The notes: a model not told the origin generated them from the letters alone. 53,269 nt of DNA from Candidatus Aminicenantes bacterium (GCA_026393865.1 JAPKZI010000031.1:1-53269); one strand, 5' to 3'; positions 42,892-52,906 are shown, counted from the first letter of the stretch. Made by a program: numbers and translations.

Positions 42892-43529
42892 AGACGAATC
42901 CCCGCCGCACTTTCTTAGCGGCCTTCTTGGCCGTCGTCCTCTTCGTTCCCCTGTTCATCTACCGCGCCGTCGGCCCCCTGGATTTTTGGTGGTGGATGAG
43001 CGCGAACATCGCTTTATTGCTGGCGCTATGCGTCCTGTTCGATAGGAATTTTATTCCGTTCCTCCTCGCCGACCTCAGGTCCCGAGCGGCCTGGAAGATC
43101 GGGCTGGGCCTCCTGGCGGCGGGCCTGCTCTACGGGATCTTCTTCGCCGGCAATTGGTTGTCGCGCCAGGTCCTGCCCTTCGCCGGAGCGGGCATCTCAG
43201 AGGTCTATCATTTCAAGGCGGGGGCCGCGCCGCTGCGCGTCATCGGGCTCCTGACCGTTCTCATCGGACCGGGAGAAGAGCTTTTCTGGCGGGGATTCCT
43301 GCAGCGCCGTTTTCAGGTCCACTTCGGCGGCCTCATCGGCTGGCTGCTGGCGACGGCCCTCTATGCGGTCGTCCATGCCGGCAGCGCCAACCCGATGCTG
43401 GTCCTCGCCGCCGCGGTCTGCGGCCTGTTCTGGGGTTTTCTTTTCCTTCAGACCAGATCCCTGCTTCTCGTCGCTGTCAGCCATACCGTTTGGGACCTGG
43501 CCGTCTTCATAGTTTTCCCTTTTTCTTAG
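42861..43529 (+). CDS. CPBP family intramembrane glutamic endopeptidase (CAAX protease/Abi)
   Basis: GPGEELFWRGFLQ (EExxxR), AVVHAG and SHTVWDL motifs, with multiple helices. Start is GTG at 42861 (31-nt overlap with the prenyltransferase) or TTG at 42888 (TTGA overlap). Confidence 0.8.
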   Translation: MAGAGLEAELKTNPRRTFLAAFLAVVLFVPLFIYRAVGPLDFWWWMSANIALLLALCVLFDRNFIPFLLADLRSRAAWKIGLGLLAAGLLYGIFFAGNWLSRQVLPFAGAGISEVYHFKAGAAPLRVIGLLTVLIGPGEELFWRGFLQRRFQVHFGGLIGWLLATALYAVVHAGSANPMLVLAAAVCGLFWGFLFLQTRSLLLVAVSHTVWDLAVFIVFPFS

Positions 43530-43557
43530 GTCAACGGCCGGCCCCGCTCCCGCCGCC

Positions 43558-43587
43558 TTGTCGGCGGGTTGAGTCCTCTGGTATAAT
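43558..43587 (+). promoter_or_regulatory. Sigma70-like promoter with extended -10 upstream of dsbD
   Basis: TTGTCG (43558-43563), 18-nt spacer ending in TGG, then TATAAT (43582-43587), about 55 nt upstream of the ATG at 43644, which has an AAGGAG RBS. Confidence 0.4.
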
Positions 43588-43643
43588 GTCGAAATCTAAC
43601 AACAATGAAGAGAACGACATACGCCGATGATTAAGGAGCCGTT

Positions 43644-45590
43644 ATGAAGCGCTTGTGGTCGATCCTCCTATGGCTGCCGGTCCTCGGCCTTTTCGCCTCC
43701 GGTCAGGTCCAACAGAACCAGGAAATCGTCGTGGTCGAGATCGTCCCCGCCGCGGAGACCTTCAAGGCCGGCCAGACCTATCCTCTCACCCTCGAGGTTA
43801 ATATCCGGGCGCCCTATCACATCAACTCCGACCAGCCGCTCGAGTCGTTCCTGATCGGAACGACGGTTGATTTCAAGACCCAACCGGGCGTGAGCTATAA
43901 AAAAGTGACGTTTCCCGCGGCCGAAGTGAAAAAGCTCGAGCTCTCGGAAAACCCTCTGTCCATCTACGAGGGCACGGTGAGGATCACGGCCGAGGTCGTC
44001 CTGGCCCCGGATTTCAAAGGCAAGGAGCTGAAGATCGAAGGCTCGCTCGGCTATCAGGCCTGCGACGATCGGTCCTGCCTGCCTCCGGCCGAGGTGACCT
44101 TCAGCCGGACGGTAGCGGTCATGAGAGGCGCGGAAGAGGCGGCGGCCGATCAGAAGGAGCCCGTCCCGCCGCCTCCGGCAGGCGAAACCCGTAAAAGCGC
44201 GGCCGGGGAACAAAAACCGCAGGATAAGACCCCGGTCGATCTCACCGACATTCAGAAACAGAAGGCCGCCGACATCGCCGCGGGTGCGGCCGCGCCGGGA
44301 AAAGAGGCCGGCTCCTTCGAGAACAAGGGCCTCTTTCTGACCTTCATCCTGGTCTTCCTCGGCGGGCTGGCTCTCAACCTGACGCCCTGCATCTATCCCC
44401 TCATCCCGATCACGATCAGCTATTTCGGCGGGCAGGGCCAAGGCAAAAAGGGAAGCATTGTCCTCCACTCGATCTTATATGTCGTTGGCATGGCTACGAC
44501 CTATTCCATCCTGGGCGTCGTGGCGGCCATCACCGGCAGCCTGTTCGGCGTCGCCCTGCAGTATCCGCCGGTGCTCGTCGGCATCGCTCTCATTATGTTC
44601 CTCCTGGCCCTGAGCATGTTCAACGTCTATGAGCTGCGGGTGCCGGCGTTCCTCAACAAGTTCGCCGGCGGCTCGCAGAAGGGATTCTTCGGCACCTTTT
44701 TCATGGGGCTGACCTGCGGCATTATCGCCGCGCCGTGCATCGGGCCCTTCGTCCTGGGGCTCCTGACTTACGTCGGCAACCGGGGGAACGTCGTTCTCGG
44801 GTTCTCGCTGTTCTTCGTCCTGGCCCTGGGGCTCGGCATCCCATTCCTGCTCCTCGGCGTCTTTTCGGGGAGCCTCAACCGCATCCCGCGCTCGGGGGCT
44901 TGGATGGTCTGGGTCCGGACGATCTTCGGCTTCATCCTCATCGCCATGGCCATCTATTTTCTGGAGACCCTCTTCCCGAACGCGCTCTTCTACAATCTCG
45001 CCCAGGCGCTGACCATGCTCGTCGCAGGCATCTACATGGCTTGGATCGAGCCGACGAACACTCAGGGCAAGGCTTTTCCTTACGTCCGCAACGTCTTCGG
45101 GGTGATCTTCTTCGCCCTCGCCCTCAATTTCGCGGTCACGGGCATCCAGGACTATTTGGACGAAGGGATCGCCGCCAGGCTGCAGGCCGTCTCGGCCGAG
45201 AAAGGCGGGGCCGTGACCGGCCTCGGCATCCAGTGGCAGCCCTATTCCGAGGAGAAACTCCTCGCGGCCGCCCGCGACGGCAACCCCGTCTTCATCGATT
45301 TCTTTACCGACTGGTGCATCGCCTGCAAGGAGATGGACAAGCTGACGTTCACCGATCCCGCCGTCATCGCCGCGTCGCGGGATTTCGTCATGCTCCGGTC
45401 CAACCTGACGACGGACACCGACCCTGTGATCAAGGACCTTTACAAACGCTATATGGTCAGGGGTGTCCCCACGTACGTCTTCCTGGGCACGGATGGCAAG
45501 GAGATTGCCGACGTCCGGCTCGTGGGGTTCGAGAAGAAGCGGGATTTCGTGCCAAGGCTGAAGCGGGCCCTCGAGCTGGGCAAGAAGTGA
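43644..45590 (+). CDS. dsbD: Thiol:disulfide interchange protein DsbD
   Basis: Signal peptide. N-terminal domain with GYQACDDRSCLPP. Central membrane domain (LNLTPCIYPLIP, IIAAPCIGPF). C-terminal thioredoxin WCIACK. Confidence 0.88.
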   Translation: MKRLWSILLWLPVLGLFASGQVQQNQEIVVVEIVPAAETFKAGQTYPLTLEVNIRAPYHINSDQPLESFLIGTTVDFKTQPGVSYKKVTFPAAEVKKLELSENPLSIYEGTVRITAEVVLAPDFKGKELKIEGSLGYQACDDRSCLPPAEVTFSRTVAVMRGAEEAAADQKEPVPPPPAGETRKSAAGEQKPQDKTPVDLTDIQKQKAADIAAGAAAPGKEAGSFENKGLFLTFILVFLGGLALNLTPCIYPLIPITISYFGGQGQGKKGSIVLHSILYVVGMATTYSILGVVAAITGSLFGVALQYPPVLVGIALIMFLLALSMFNVYELRVPAFLNKFAGGSQKGFFGTFFMGLTCGIIAAPCIGPFVLGLLTYVGNRGNVVLGFSLFFVLALGLGIPFLLLGVFSGSLNRIPRSGAWMVWVRTIFGFILIAMAIYFLETLFPNALFYNLAQALTMLVAGIYMAWIEPTNTQGKAFPYVRNVFGVIFFALALNFAVTGIQDYLDEGIAARLQAVSAEKGGAVTGLGIQWQPYSEEKLLAAARDGNPVFIDFFTDWCIACKEMDKLTFTDPAVIAASRDFVMLRSNLTTDTDPVIKDLYKRYMVRGVPTYVFLGTDGKEIADVRLVGFEKKRDFVPRLKRALELGKK

Positions 45591-45641
45591 ACACGGAAGA
45601 CGGGCCGGCGCCCGCCTCCGGATTTACAATGGGGAGACGCT

Positions 45642-45974
45642 ATGAAGATTCCGGCCATTCCCTTCACCGTCACGGATCTGATCACACTGCCTAAAACCGT
45701 CCATCCCGGCGAGACCGGCACGGCGTTCTGGCGGACCTGGGAAGCGGAAGGGCTCCGCGTCCGGCTGGTGGAGTTCCCGGCGGGATATAAAGCCGATCAC
45801 TGGTGCGGCCGGGGCCACGTCCTTTACGTTCTCGAAGGCGAGCTGTTCGTCCGGCTCAAGGACGGGCGGGAGAGAAAAATGACCGCCGGGATGAGCTTCC
45901 AGGTCGGCGATGACGAAGCCAATCCCCACCTCGTTCATTCGGATTCGGGAGCCAAGGTTTTCATCGCCGACTGA
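45642..45974 (+). CDS. Small cupin-fold protein (DHCW-motif-type)
   Basis: 110 aa. Motif YKADHWCGRGHVLYVLEGEL...G.SFQVGDD. Confidence 0.65.
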   Translation: MKIPAIPFTVTDLITLPKTVHPGETGTAFWRTWEAEGLRVRLVEFPAGYKADHWCGRGHVLYVLEGELFVRLKDGRERKMTAGMSFQVGDDEANPHLVHSDSGAKVFIAD

Positions 45975-46085
45975 GCCGGCTTCACCCCGGAAAATCCGCC
46001 GACGGAAAGAAAATTTACGAGTCGCCGTCCGCCCCCGCCTGAACACGCCCCTTTTTCCCTGGCATAATAATTGCAACGGAAGAGG

Positions 46086-47495
46086 ATGATGCTTATCCCT
46101 CCTCTTTTCCGGTTCGGGCGTATTCCCCGCGGCGGTAAGGGACCTGTCCGGCTGCCGTTCATCGTCTTCCTTGTTTCCCTCGTATCCGCTCTTTGGCCCG
46201 GCTCCGGCGTTCCGGCCGATGTCCGGACCGACGTCTTCGCTTTAATGGCGGAGGTCAGGCGCCTGGAATCGGCCCCCCTCTGGCCCGGGTTTAAGCCGGC
46301 CGCGATCCCGGTCGCCCTTTACGATTATCGGAACACGTATCTCTTCAATTTTCCCAATCCGCCGAAGAATTTCCATCCCGTGCCCAATTGGGACGATGTC
46401 TGTGTTTTTGACGGGCAACACCCGGCCGTGTTCGGAAACCGGCGGACGCGGTTCGATGACACCTGGGTAGCGACCTTCCTCCTGAAGCTGGACTCCCCGG
46501 TCACGGGAAAGCCCTATTCCCTGGCCGAAATGGCCGGGATCGTCATCCACGAGAAATTTCACGTGTTTCAAGCCCTGTCCCATCCGGACTGGCGCCCTAA
46601 CGACGCCGTGCTTCTGGATTATCCGCTCGATACGGCGGTTTCTGTGACCCTCCGGACGATGGAGATCGAAGCGCTGCGCAGGGCCATTGCCGCCGAACGC
46701 GACGAGGCGGCGGCCGGCTGGGCCCGGGCGGCGATGAACATCCGGCGTCAGAGGCTGGGCGTCCTGACGCGCCGGCACTCCGTCTACGAAAAGGAACTGC
46801 TTCGATTCGAGGGGATCGCCGAATATATCGAGTATCTCGCCTGCGGCCGGCCTGCTTTCGACGGCGTCCCGGCCGTCGGATTCGCGCCCAAAGCCGTCCG
46901 GGAATCCGGATACTTCGAAGGCCGTTGGGCGGCCGATCTATTGGACCGTTTGGACGCCGGTTGGAAGGGGGCCATGGAGGCGAACGAGTTCGGTTATATG
47001 GAAGACCGGCTTGAAGCGGTCCTAGGCGAAGGACCGCCTCCGTCCGAATTTTCCTCCGTGGAGATGCGGACCTTCCGGGAGCGGGCCGCGTCCGCCGTAT
47101 GGAAAAACGAGGGCGAACGCAAAGAGAAGCTGAAGACGTTCGACGCCCGCCTGGGGACCTGCGTCGAGTTCGTTTCCGGCCGCATTCCCCTGCGCTTGGA
47201 AATGCTGGATCCTTCGTCCATGGAGGCCGTGGGCGCCGGAAAGATCATTCACGGGCGTTGGATCGTCCTGAAGAACGAGGACGGTGTCGTCGAAGTTTTC
47301 GACCGGCCCTGCCTGACCGAATTGAACGATGAGGGCCGCATCGGCCGCCTCGTCTGTCCCGGGATATCGAGGAGAAACCCGGTCCGTCTCGGGACCGGTC
47401 CGGTCAGCTTCCAGCTCGACGGCGTGGTCGCTTATTTCAAAAGCGGCTGGGTCACCAAGAAAGGCGACTTCCGCTTTATTATCTCCCTGCGCTGA
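46086..47495 (+). CDS. Hypothetical exported protein with HExxH motif (putative zinc metallopeptidase, unassigned family)
   Basis: N-terminal hydrophobic segment LPFIVFLVSLVSALWPGSG. Single HExxH in GIVIHEKFHVFQ. No other family signature recognised. ATGs at 46086/46089; TTG at 46071. Confidence 0.55.
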   Translation: MMLIPPLFRFGRIPRGGKGPVRLPFIVFLVSLVSALWPGSGVPADVRTDVFALMAEVRRLESAPLWPGFKPAAIPVALYDYRNTYLFNFPNPPKNFHPVPNWDDVCVFDGQHPAVFGNRRTRFDDTWVATFLLKLDSPVTGKPYSLAEMAGIVIHEKFHVFQALSHPDWRPNDAVLLDYPLDTAVSVTLRTMEIEALRRAIAAERDEAAAGWARAAMNIRRQRLGVLTRRHSVYEKELLRFEGIAEYIEYLACGRPAFDGVPAVGFAPKAVRESGYFEGRWAADLLDRLDAGWKGAMEANEFGYMEDRLEAVLGEGPPPSEFSSVEMRTFRERAASAVWKNEGERKEKLKTFDARLGTCVEFVSGRIPLRLEMLDPSSMEAVGAGKIIHGRWIVLKNEDGVVEVFDRPCLTELNDEGRIGRLVCPGISRRNPVRLGTGPVSFQLDGVVAYFKSGWVTKKGDFRFIISLR

Positions 47496-47585
47496 GAGAC
47501 CGCGGCTGAACGAGACCTTGGAATCCTATTTTCCCGAGACGATCTCCTCGATCGATTCCTGAAGGAGCCGTTGAACGTCGCCGGG

Positions 47586-49712
47586 TTATTTCAAGAACCC
47601 CCGTTTCTTCAGCAGCGGCTCGACCTTGGGCTCGCGGCCGCGGAATCGTTTGTAGAGGGCCATCGGCTCGTCGGTGTCGCCCCGCGACAGGATGTTTTGG
47701 CGGAAGCTCTGGGCTGTCTTAGCGTCGAAGAGGCTCGTTTCCTTGAAGGCTTGGAAGGCGTCGGAGTCGAGGACCTCCGACCAGAGGTAGCTGTAATAGC
47801 CCGACGAGTAGCCGCCGGAAAAAATGTGTTGGAAGTAGGGGCTCCGGTAGCGGACAACGATCTCGGGGATGAGCCCGATCTTCGCCATCGAAGCGTTTTC
47901 GAACTTGAGGGCGTCCTGTTCAACAGCCTCCTTGAGGGTGTGCCAGTCCAGGTCCAGGTAGCAGGCGGACGTATATTCGACCGTGGTGAAACCCTGGTTG
48001 AACAGGCTCGCGTTCTGAATCTTGTCGATAAGCGCCTGCGGGATGGGCTCGCCCGTCTGATAGTGCTTGGCGTAGGTCTTGATGACCTTGGGGTCGCCGG
48101 CCCAGTTTTCCATGAGCTGCGAGGGCAGCTCGACGAAGTCGCGCGGCACGTTCGTCCCCCCCAGCGCTTCGTAGGTGCAGTCGGAGAGCAGGTCGTGGAG
48201 GGCGTGGCCGAACTCGTGGAAGAGGGTCTCGGCCTCCTCGAAGGTCAGGAGCGAGGGCGTGTCCCCGATGGGCATGGAGAAATTGCCGTTGTTGGAGACC
48301 ACGGGGGTGACCTTATGGCCGCCGCGCGCGGATTGGCTGCGGAAGGTGTTGGACCAGGCGCCGCCGCGCTTGCTCGGCCGGGGAAAGTAGTCCGTGTAGA
48401 GAATGCCGATGTGTGTCCCGTCGGCTTCTTTGACCTCGTAGACTTTCACGTCCGGATGATACTTCGGGATGTCCGTCCTCTCGGCGAACTGCAATCCCCA
48501 GAGCTTGTTGGCCACGGCGAATGCGCCTTCGCGGACGTTCTCGAGCTTGAAATAGGGCTTAAGGACCTGATCGTCCAGGTCGTATTTCGCCTTCTTGAGC
48601 TTTTCGGCGTAATACCACCAGTCCCAGGGCTCGAGCCGGCCAGCGATGCCTTCCTTGTTCATCATGGCTTGGAGCTCCGCGGCCTCCTTCTTGGCCGTGG
48701 CGAGCGCCGGCGTCCAGACCTGGGTCAGTAGCTTATACACGCTGTCGGCGTTCTTGGCCATGTTCTCTTCGAGGACGAAATCGGCATGCGTTTTGTACCC
48801 GAGGAGGTTGGCCCGTCTCACGCGGAGCGCCGCGATCTTGGCCGCGTTGGCCTTGTTGTCGAACTGGTCGGCGTTGTTGCCGCGATTGATGAAAGCCTTG
48901 AACAGTTTTTCCCGGAGGTCCCGCTTCGCCGAATACTGGAAGAAGGGGATGCAGCTCGGCTTATGGAGGGTGAAGATCCATTTTCCCTCCTGAACGCGCC
49001 GCCTGGCCGCTTCGGCGGCTCCCTGGATGACCGGTTCAGGAAGCCCGGCCAGGTCCTCTTTCTTATCGATGACCAGGGCGAAAGCGTTGTCCTCCTTGAG
49101 GACGTTCTGGCCGAACTTCTGGGTCAGGACGGATAGTTCCTCGTTGATCTTGCGGAACTCGGCTTTCTTGGTTTCGTCGAGGTTGGCCCCGCCCCGGACG
49201 AAGTTCTTGTAGGACTTGTCGAGGAGACGGGCCTGCTCTGGATTGAGGCCGAGCTTGTCCTTTTGACTGTTGACGGCCTTCACCCGCTCGAACAGCTTGG
49301 CGTTCAAGTTGATGTCGTCCTGGTGCTTGGCCAGGAGCGGGGCGACCGTACTCTCTATCTTCTGCATCTCGTCGTTCGTGTTGGCCGAGGTCAGGTTATA
49401 GAAGACGTTGCCGACCTTCGTCAGCAGCTCGCCGCTTTTTTCCAAGGCCTCGATGGTGTTGGCGAAGGTCGGGGCGGCCGGGTCGCCGGCGATGGCTTCG
49501 ATCTCCTTTTTCTGCTGGTCCATCCCGGCCTGGAAGGCGGGCAGGTAGTGGGCTTCCTTGATTTTGTCGAACGGCGGGGTCTCGAACGGTGTCGTCCAGG
49601 CGGTGAAGAAGGGATTGACCTCCTGCGCCGGGGGCGGCGGCGGAGGCTCCTTTTTAGCGCAGGCGCTGGTCATAACGGCTAAGATCGACAATAAAATGAG
49701 GGCCTTTTTCAT
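47586..49712 (-). CDS. dcp: M3 family peptidyl-dipeptidase (Dcp / oligopeptidase A-like), lipoprotein
   Basis: 708 aa. Signal/lipobox LAVMTSAC. Zinc motif TLFHEFGHALH plus the downstream ELPSQLMEN typical of M3A peptidases. Confidence 0.88.
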   Translation of the reverse strand: MKKALILLSILAVMTSACAKKEPPPPPPAQEVNPFFTAWTTPFETPPFDKIKEAHYLPAFQAGMDQQKKEIEAIAGDPAAPTFANTIEALEKSGELLTKVGNVFYNLTSANTNDEMQKIESTVAPLLAKHQDDINLNAKLFERVKAVNSQKDKLGLNPEQARLLDKSYKNFVRGGANLDETKKAEFRKINEELSVLTQKFGQNVLKEDNAFALVIDKKEDLAGLPEPVIQGAAEAARRRVQEGKWIFTLHKPSCIPFFQYSAKRDLREKLFKAFINRGNNADQFDNKANAAKIAALRVRRANLLGYKTHADFVLEENMAKNADSVYKLLTQVWTPALATAKKEAAELQAMMNKEGIAGRLEPWDWWYYAEKLKKAKYDLDDQVLKPYFKLENVREGAFAVANKLWGLQFAERTDIPKYHPDVKVYEVKEADGTHIGILYTDYFPRPSKRGGAWSNTFRSQSARGGHKVTPVVSNNGNFSMPIGDTPSLLTFEEAETLFHEFGHALHDLLSDCTYEALGGTNVPRDFVELPSQLMENWAGDPKVIKTYAKHYQTGEPIPQALIDKIQNASLFNQGFTTVEYTSACYLDLDWHTLKEAVEQDALKFENASMAKIGLIPEIVVRYRSPYFQHIFSGGYSSGYYSYLWSEVLDSDAFQAFKETSLFDAKTAQSFRQNILSRGDTDEPMALYKRFRGREPKVEPLLKKRGFLK

Positions 49713-49912
49713 GTCGGATAACTCCTTTGGGACGCATATAATTTCGAGCCTTTCATTTTAGCTTATTTCGGCGGGGGGAAAAAGGAGCGAATTGACGAAA
49801 GGAAAGGAAATTTCCGTTCGCCGGCCGGCCTTCGGTTCCGTTGCTTTTGCTTCTGCCTTGAGCTATTCTGACGAGAGCGAAGATTTATTCCATAAGAGAG
49901 AAGGATGTCATC

Positions 49913-50398
49913 ATGGACGGGCCCGAGATAAAGAAGCGACAGATTGTCGGATACGCGAGCGGCGTGTTCGATCTTTTTCATGTCGGGCATCTCCGGATCC
50001 TCCAGCGGGCCAAGGCCCTCTGCGACCGGCTGATCGTCGGCGTGACCGTCGACGAACTCGTCGGCTACAAGAATCAGAAGGTCTTCGTTCCCTTCGACCA
50101 AAGGCTGGAGATCATCAGCGGCCTCAAGGCCGTCGACCTGGCCATTCCCCAGGACGACCTCGACAAGTTCGTCATGTGGAAAAAACTGAAGTTCGACGTC
50201 ATGTTCATCGGCGACGATTGGTTTGAAACCGGCCGTTTCAAGGACTATGAACGGAAACTGAAATCGGTCGGAGTGAAGATCGTTTATTTGCCCTATACGA
50301 CGGGCATTTCGACGTCTGGATTGAAATCGAAGCTGGGAACGGCCGCGCCGCGCTCGTCCCCTCACCCCCGAGCGGGCCGGAAGAAACGGAAGGCTTGA
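49913..50398 (+). CDS. Cytidylyltransferase family protein (TagD / glycerol-3-phosphate or alcohol-phosphate cytidylyltransferase-like)
   Basis: GYASGVFDLFHVGHLRILQRAK (HxGH) and YTTGISTS (RTxGISTT-like). The 3' end overlaps the convergent gene by 37 nt. Confidence 0.8.
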   Translation: MDGPEIKKRQIVGYASGVFDLFHVGHLRILQRAKALCDRLIVGVTVDELVGYKNQKVFVPFDQRLEIISGLKAVDLAIPQDDLDKFVMWKKLKFDVMFIGDDWFETGRFKDYERKLKSVGVKIVYLPYTTGISTSGLKSKLGTAAPRSSPHPRAGRKKRKA

Positions 50399-51036
50399 TA
50401 GAAGATCGAAATCAGGGCTTCCCCGAATAGAGCATAGAAAAAGTAGTGCGGTCTATTAAGGACCGAGAAAAGCATAAGCAAAAAAATAGCAAAACCCCTC
50501 ACCTCGGCCTGCCGGCCCATCCTCTGGTCCTTTCGATAGATGAGGAGGAGGTAATAGAGCGTAGCCTGCAGGAAATTCAGGGCGGTGGCTATGAGAGCCG
50601 TGATGACCACGGCGAGGCTGCCGAGGCATCTATACGTTCCCACTGTGAGGGCGCCAAGAACAATGAAGTCGATGATCCGGTCGAGCATGAGGTCCAGGAA
50701 GGCGCCGCGTTCCGTGGACTGATCGCGGGCGCGCGCCAACATGCCGTCGGCGCAGTCCAGGATCGACCCGAGCTGAACCAAGATTCCACCGACGATGAAA
50801 TAGGTGTATGACCCGTCCAAAAACGCGGCGGCGCCGGCCAGGCCCATGACGAAAGCCGCCCAGGTCAGATGATCGGGCATGACCCGGGAACGGAAGACGG
50901 CGCGCACAACGAGCGAGGCCAGCGGCCGGGTCCAGAAGCGCTCGATCCGAAGAGGCTTGAGGACGGGATACCGGTGGGCGTCTTTTAAAGATCTCCGGAA
51001 TTCAAATTTTTGGGGCGGGGAATCCGAGTCGTTCAT
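50362..51036 (-). CDS. CDP-alcohol phosphatidyltransferase family protein
   Basis: Signature DCADGMLARARDQSTERGAFLDLMLDRIID (DGx2ARx8Gx3Dx3D) with multiple helices. Start set at MNDSDSPP (ATG 51036-51034); the ORF is open up to 51138. Confidence 0.82.
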   Translation of the reverse strand: MNDSDSPPQKFEFRRSLKDAHRYPVLKPLRIERFWTRPLASLVVRAVFRSRVMPDHLTWAAFVMGLAGAAAFLDGSYTYFIVGGILVQLGSILDCADGMLARARDQSTERGAFLDLMLDRIIDFIVLGALTVGTYRCLGSLAVVITALIATALNFLQATLYYLLLIYRKDQRMGRQAEVRGFAIFLLMLFSVLNRPHYFFYALFGEALISIFYQAFRFFRPARG

Positions 51037-51112
51037 GGGCCTTCGAGGGATTTTATTATACGGGGATCCATCGCCTCCGGCAAGGCGGGGATGATTCGAC
51101 CCAACATTTCGG

Positions 51113-52903
51113 CTAAAACCTGAAAAGGATCCCGGCAAAGAAACGGGATTCGGTCTCCTTCTTCAAGACGTCCTTGAGCGAACCTCTCCGGCCGATGTTT
51201 TCGTAGGCCAGGACGAGGACGAGGGGGGACGTCCCGAATCGGTAGCCGGCGCTGAGACGAAGGGACGTCCGCGAATCCGCAAGGTGAAAATCATCGCGGA
51301 CTTCCTTCTGGAAATGGTCCCGCCCTTCGATCGATCCCCAGGCGTGCCCGCGGAAGAGCCCGCGAAATTCGAGCGGTCCAAAATCGAGGTCAAGCCGGAG
51401 GGAAAGGCTCCCTCCGATCCCGTAATAATAGCCGTAATAGACCAACGTGGTTTTCGCTCCGGTGATATCGCGGGTGGCGGAGTAATCGTTCAGGGCCAGG
51501 GCGTTGACCAGCGAGAAATCGAGATAGGCGTCGGCCATCACCCGGGCCCGGAACCTGCCGCGGCGGACGGTCAGATCGAACACGGGACCGAGGACATGAG
51601 CCGTGGCGAACTTATCCCGAAAATTCCGCGGCTCTTCCAGCTTTAAGAGCTGGATGTCCTTGACAACAATACGGCCGGAATCATAGAACGCGACGCTCCG
51701 CTGCTTGAAGTAGCTGAAGGCCGAACCCAAACCCACATAAAAGCGATATCCGTTGAGGTCCGGACCGATGTTCTTCCGGAAGGACCCCACGTAAACGGAC
51801 CGGAAAAAGAAGCCGATCTCGTCCACGCGCCCCCCCGCGGTGATCATGTCGAACGACATCTCGCTGAACAGTGTTGAGCCGACCTTCTGCCGGAGGTCTC
51901 CCGGCTTTTCCGCGTCGGGAATACTGAGGAGCTGGGCGTCGACTCCCGTGAACAAGTTCAAGCCGGACCGCTCTCGACCCCGGGCCGGATTTGTCCAGCC
52001 TCCCAGCGAGAGCCGGAAATCATGCCAACCGGGATCCGGCTCCCGCGATAAGGCCGGGACCGCCTTCCGATCGAGCCAGCGGTTGAACTTCAAGACCGGG
52101 TTGAGAAAGCTGAGGAGGCCGTTGATGATCCCGGGTTTGGAAAGGAAATACTTGCCCAAAACATACCAGGTTTCCCCGATGGGGACTCCGCCCAGCACGG
52201 TAAAGATATTGTCGTTGATGGAGATGACGTTCCGCCATTCCGTGATATATTCCCAATAAAAGGATCCGCCGAGGGTGAATAAGAGCGATTCGAATCGGTT
52301 CAGATGATTGCTCCGGGCGATATTGTAGTAAAGCGCTCCTGTCGGACCATGCATCCAGTTTAAAAAAAAGTAGTTGGAATCGAACTTCCAGGCCCGGAAG
52401 GTGAAGAACCGTTCGGATTGGTCCTCCCAGGTCAGACGGTAATGCCACGGCTTGGTCACTCCCCGGTACTTGGCCCAATAGAGCGCCTGCGGAACGGCGA
52501 TAACGGCAAAATATTCCAGGACGGCCCGGCCGAGCTTTTTGGGGGGGCGGACCTCGGAATCAGAATCCGTGGGCGCGCCTCCCTGACGATCGACCAACCG
52601 AAATCGGTTGGCGCCGGCGGCTGGGCGATGGGCCGAGGAGAGGGAGAATAATCCGGGCGGACGAAATCGTCCCGAGGAGGGATCGCCAGCCCTCAGATCA
52701 ACGCCTATGAATAAAGAGAGACCGATGATCGCCGTCAGGCCAAGAAACCGCTGATAAACGGAGTGGCCCATTTTCCCCGGGAGACGACGCGCGGGAACGG
52801 ACGGATGTGTGATCATGCGGGTGTCTTTCCGAAAGAGCGAATAGCCGAAATCGATGAATTTCCGGGTCAGGGAAGGATCGAACCGGAACGAGGTTAGGGG
52901 CAT
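51113..52903 (-). CDS. Outer-membrane protein candidate: DUF3943-like domain plus C-terminal beta-barrel ending in Phe
   Basis: NWMHGPTGALYYNIARSN...GGSFYWEYITEW...SINDNIFTVLGGVPIGE resembles the DUF3943 pattern. The C-terminal half has alternating beta-strand-like segments and ends ...FFAGILFRF. Start options are 52903, 52816 and 52771. Confidence 0.6.
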   Translation of the reverse strand: MPLTSFRFDPSLTRKFIDFGYSLFRKDTRMITHPSVPARRLPGKMGHSVYQRFLGLTAIIGLSLFIGVDLRAGDPSSGRFRPPGLFSLSSAHRPAAGANRFRLVDRQGGAPTDSDSEVRPPKKLGRAVLEYFAVIAVPQALYWAKYRGVTKPWHYRLTWEDQSERFFTFRAWKFDSNYFFLNWMHGPTGALYYNIARSNHLNRFESLLFTLGGSFYWEYITEWRNVISINDNIFTVLGGVPIGETWYVLGKYFLSKPGIINGLLSFLNPVLKFNRWLDRKAVPALSREPDPGWHDFRLSLGGWTNPARGRERSGLNLFTGVDAQLLSIPDAEKPGDLRQKVGSTLFSEMSFDMITAGGRVDEIGFFFRSVYVGSFRKNIGPDLNGYRFYVGLGSAFSYFKQRSVAFYDSGRIVVKDIQLLKLEEPRNFRDKFATAHVLGPVFDLTVRRGRFRARVMADAYLDFSLVNALALNDYSATRDITGAKTTLVYYGYYYGIGGSLSLRLDLDFGPLEFRGLFRGHAWGSIEGRDHFQKEVRDDFHLADSRTSLRLSAGYRFGTSPLVLVLAYENIGRRGSLKDVLKKETESRFFAGILFRF

Positions 52904-52906
52904 GGT

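Noticed and set aside
43549-43568. Short GC hairpin (CCCGCCG-CCTTGT-CGGCGGG) after the CPBP gene as a terminator
   Set aside because: It has only 7 bp, is not followed by a U-tract, and overlaps the -35 of the dsbD promoter candidate. The evidence is insufficient.
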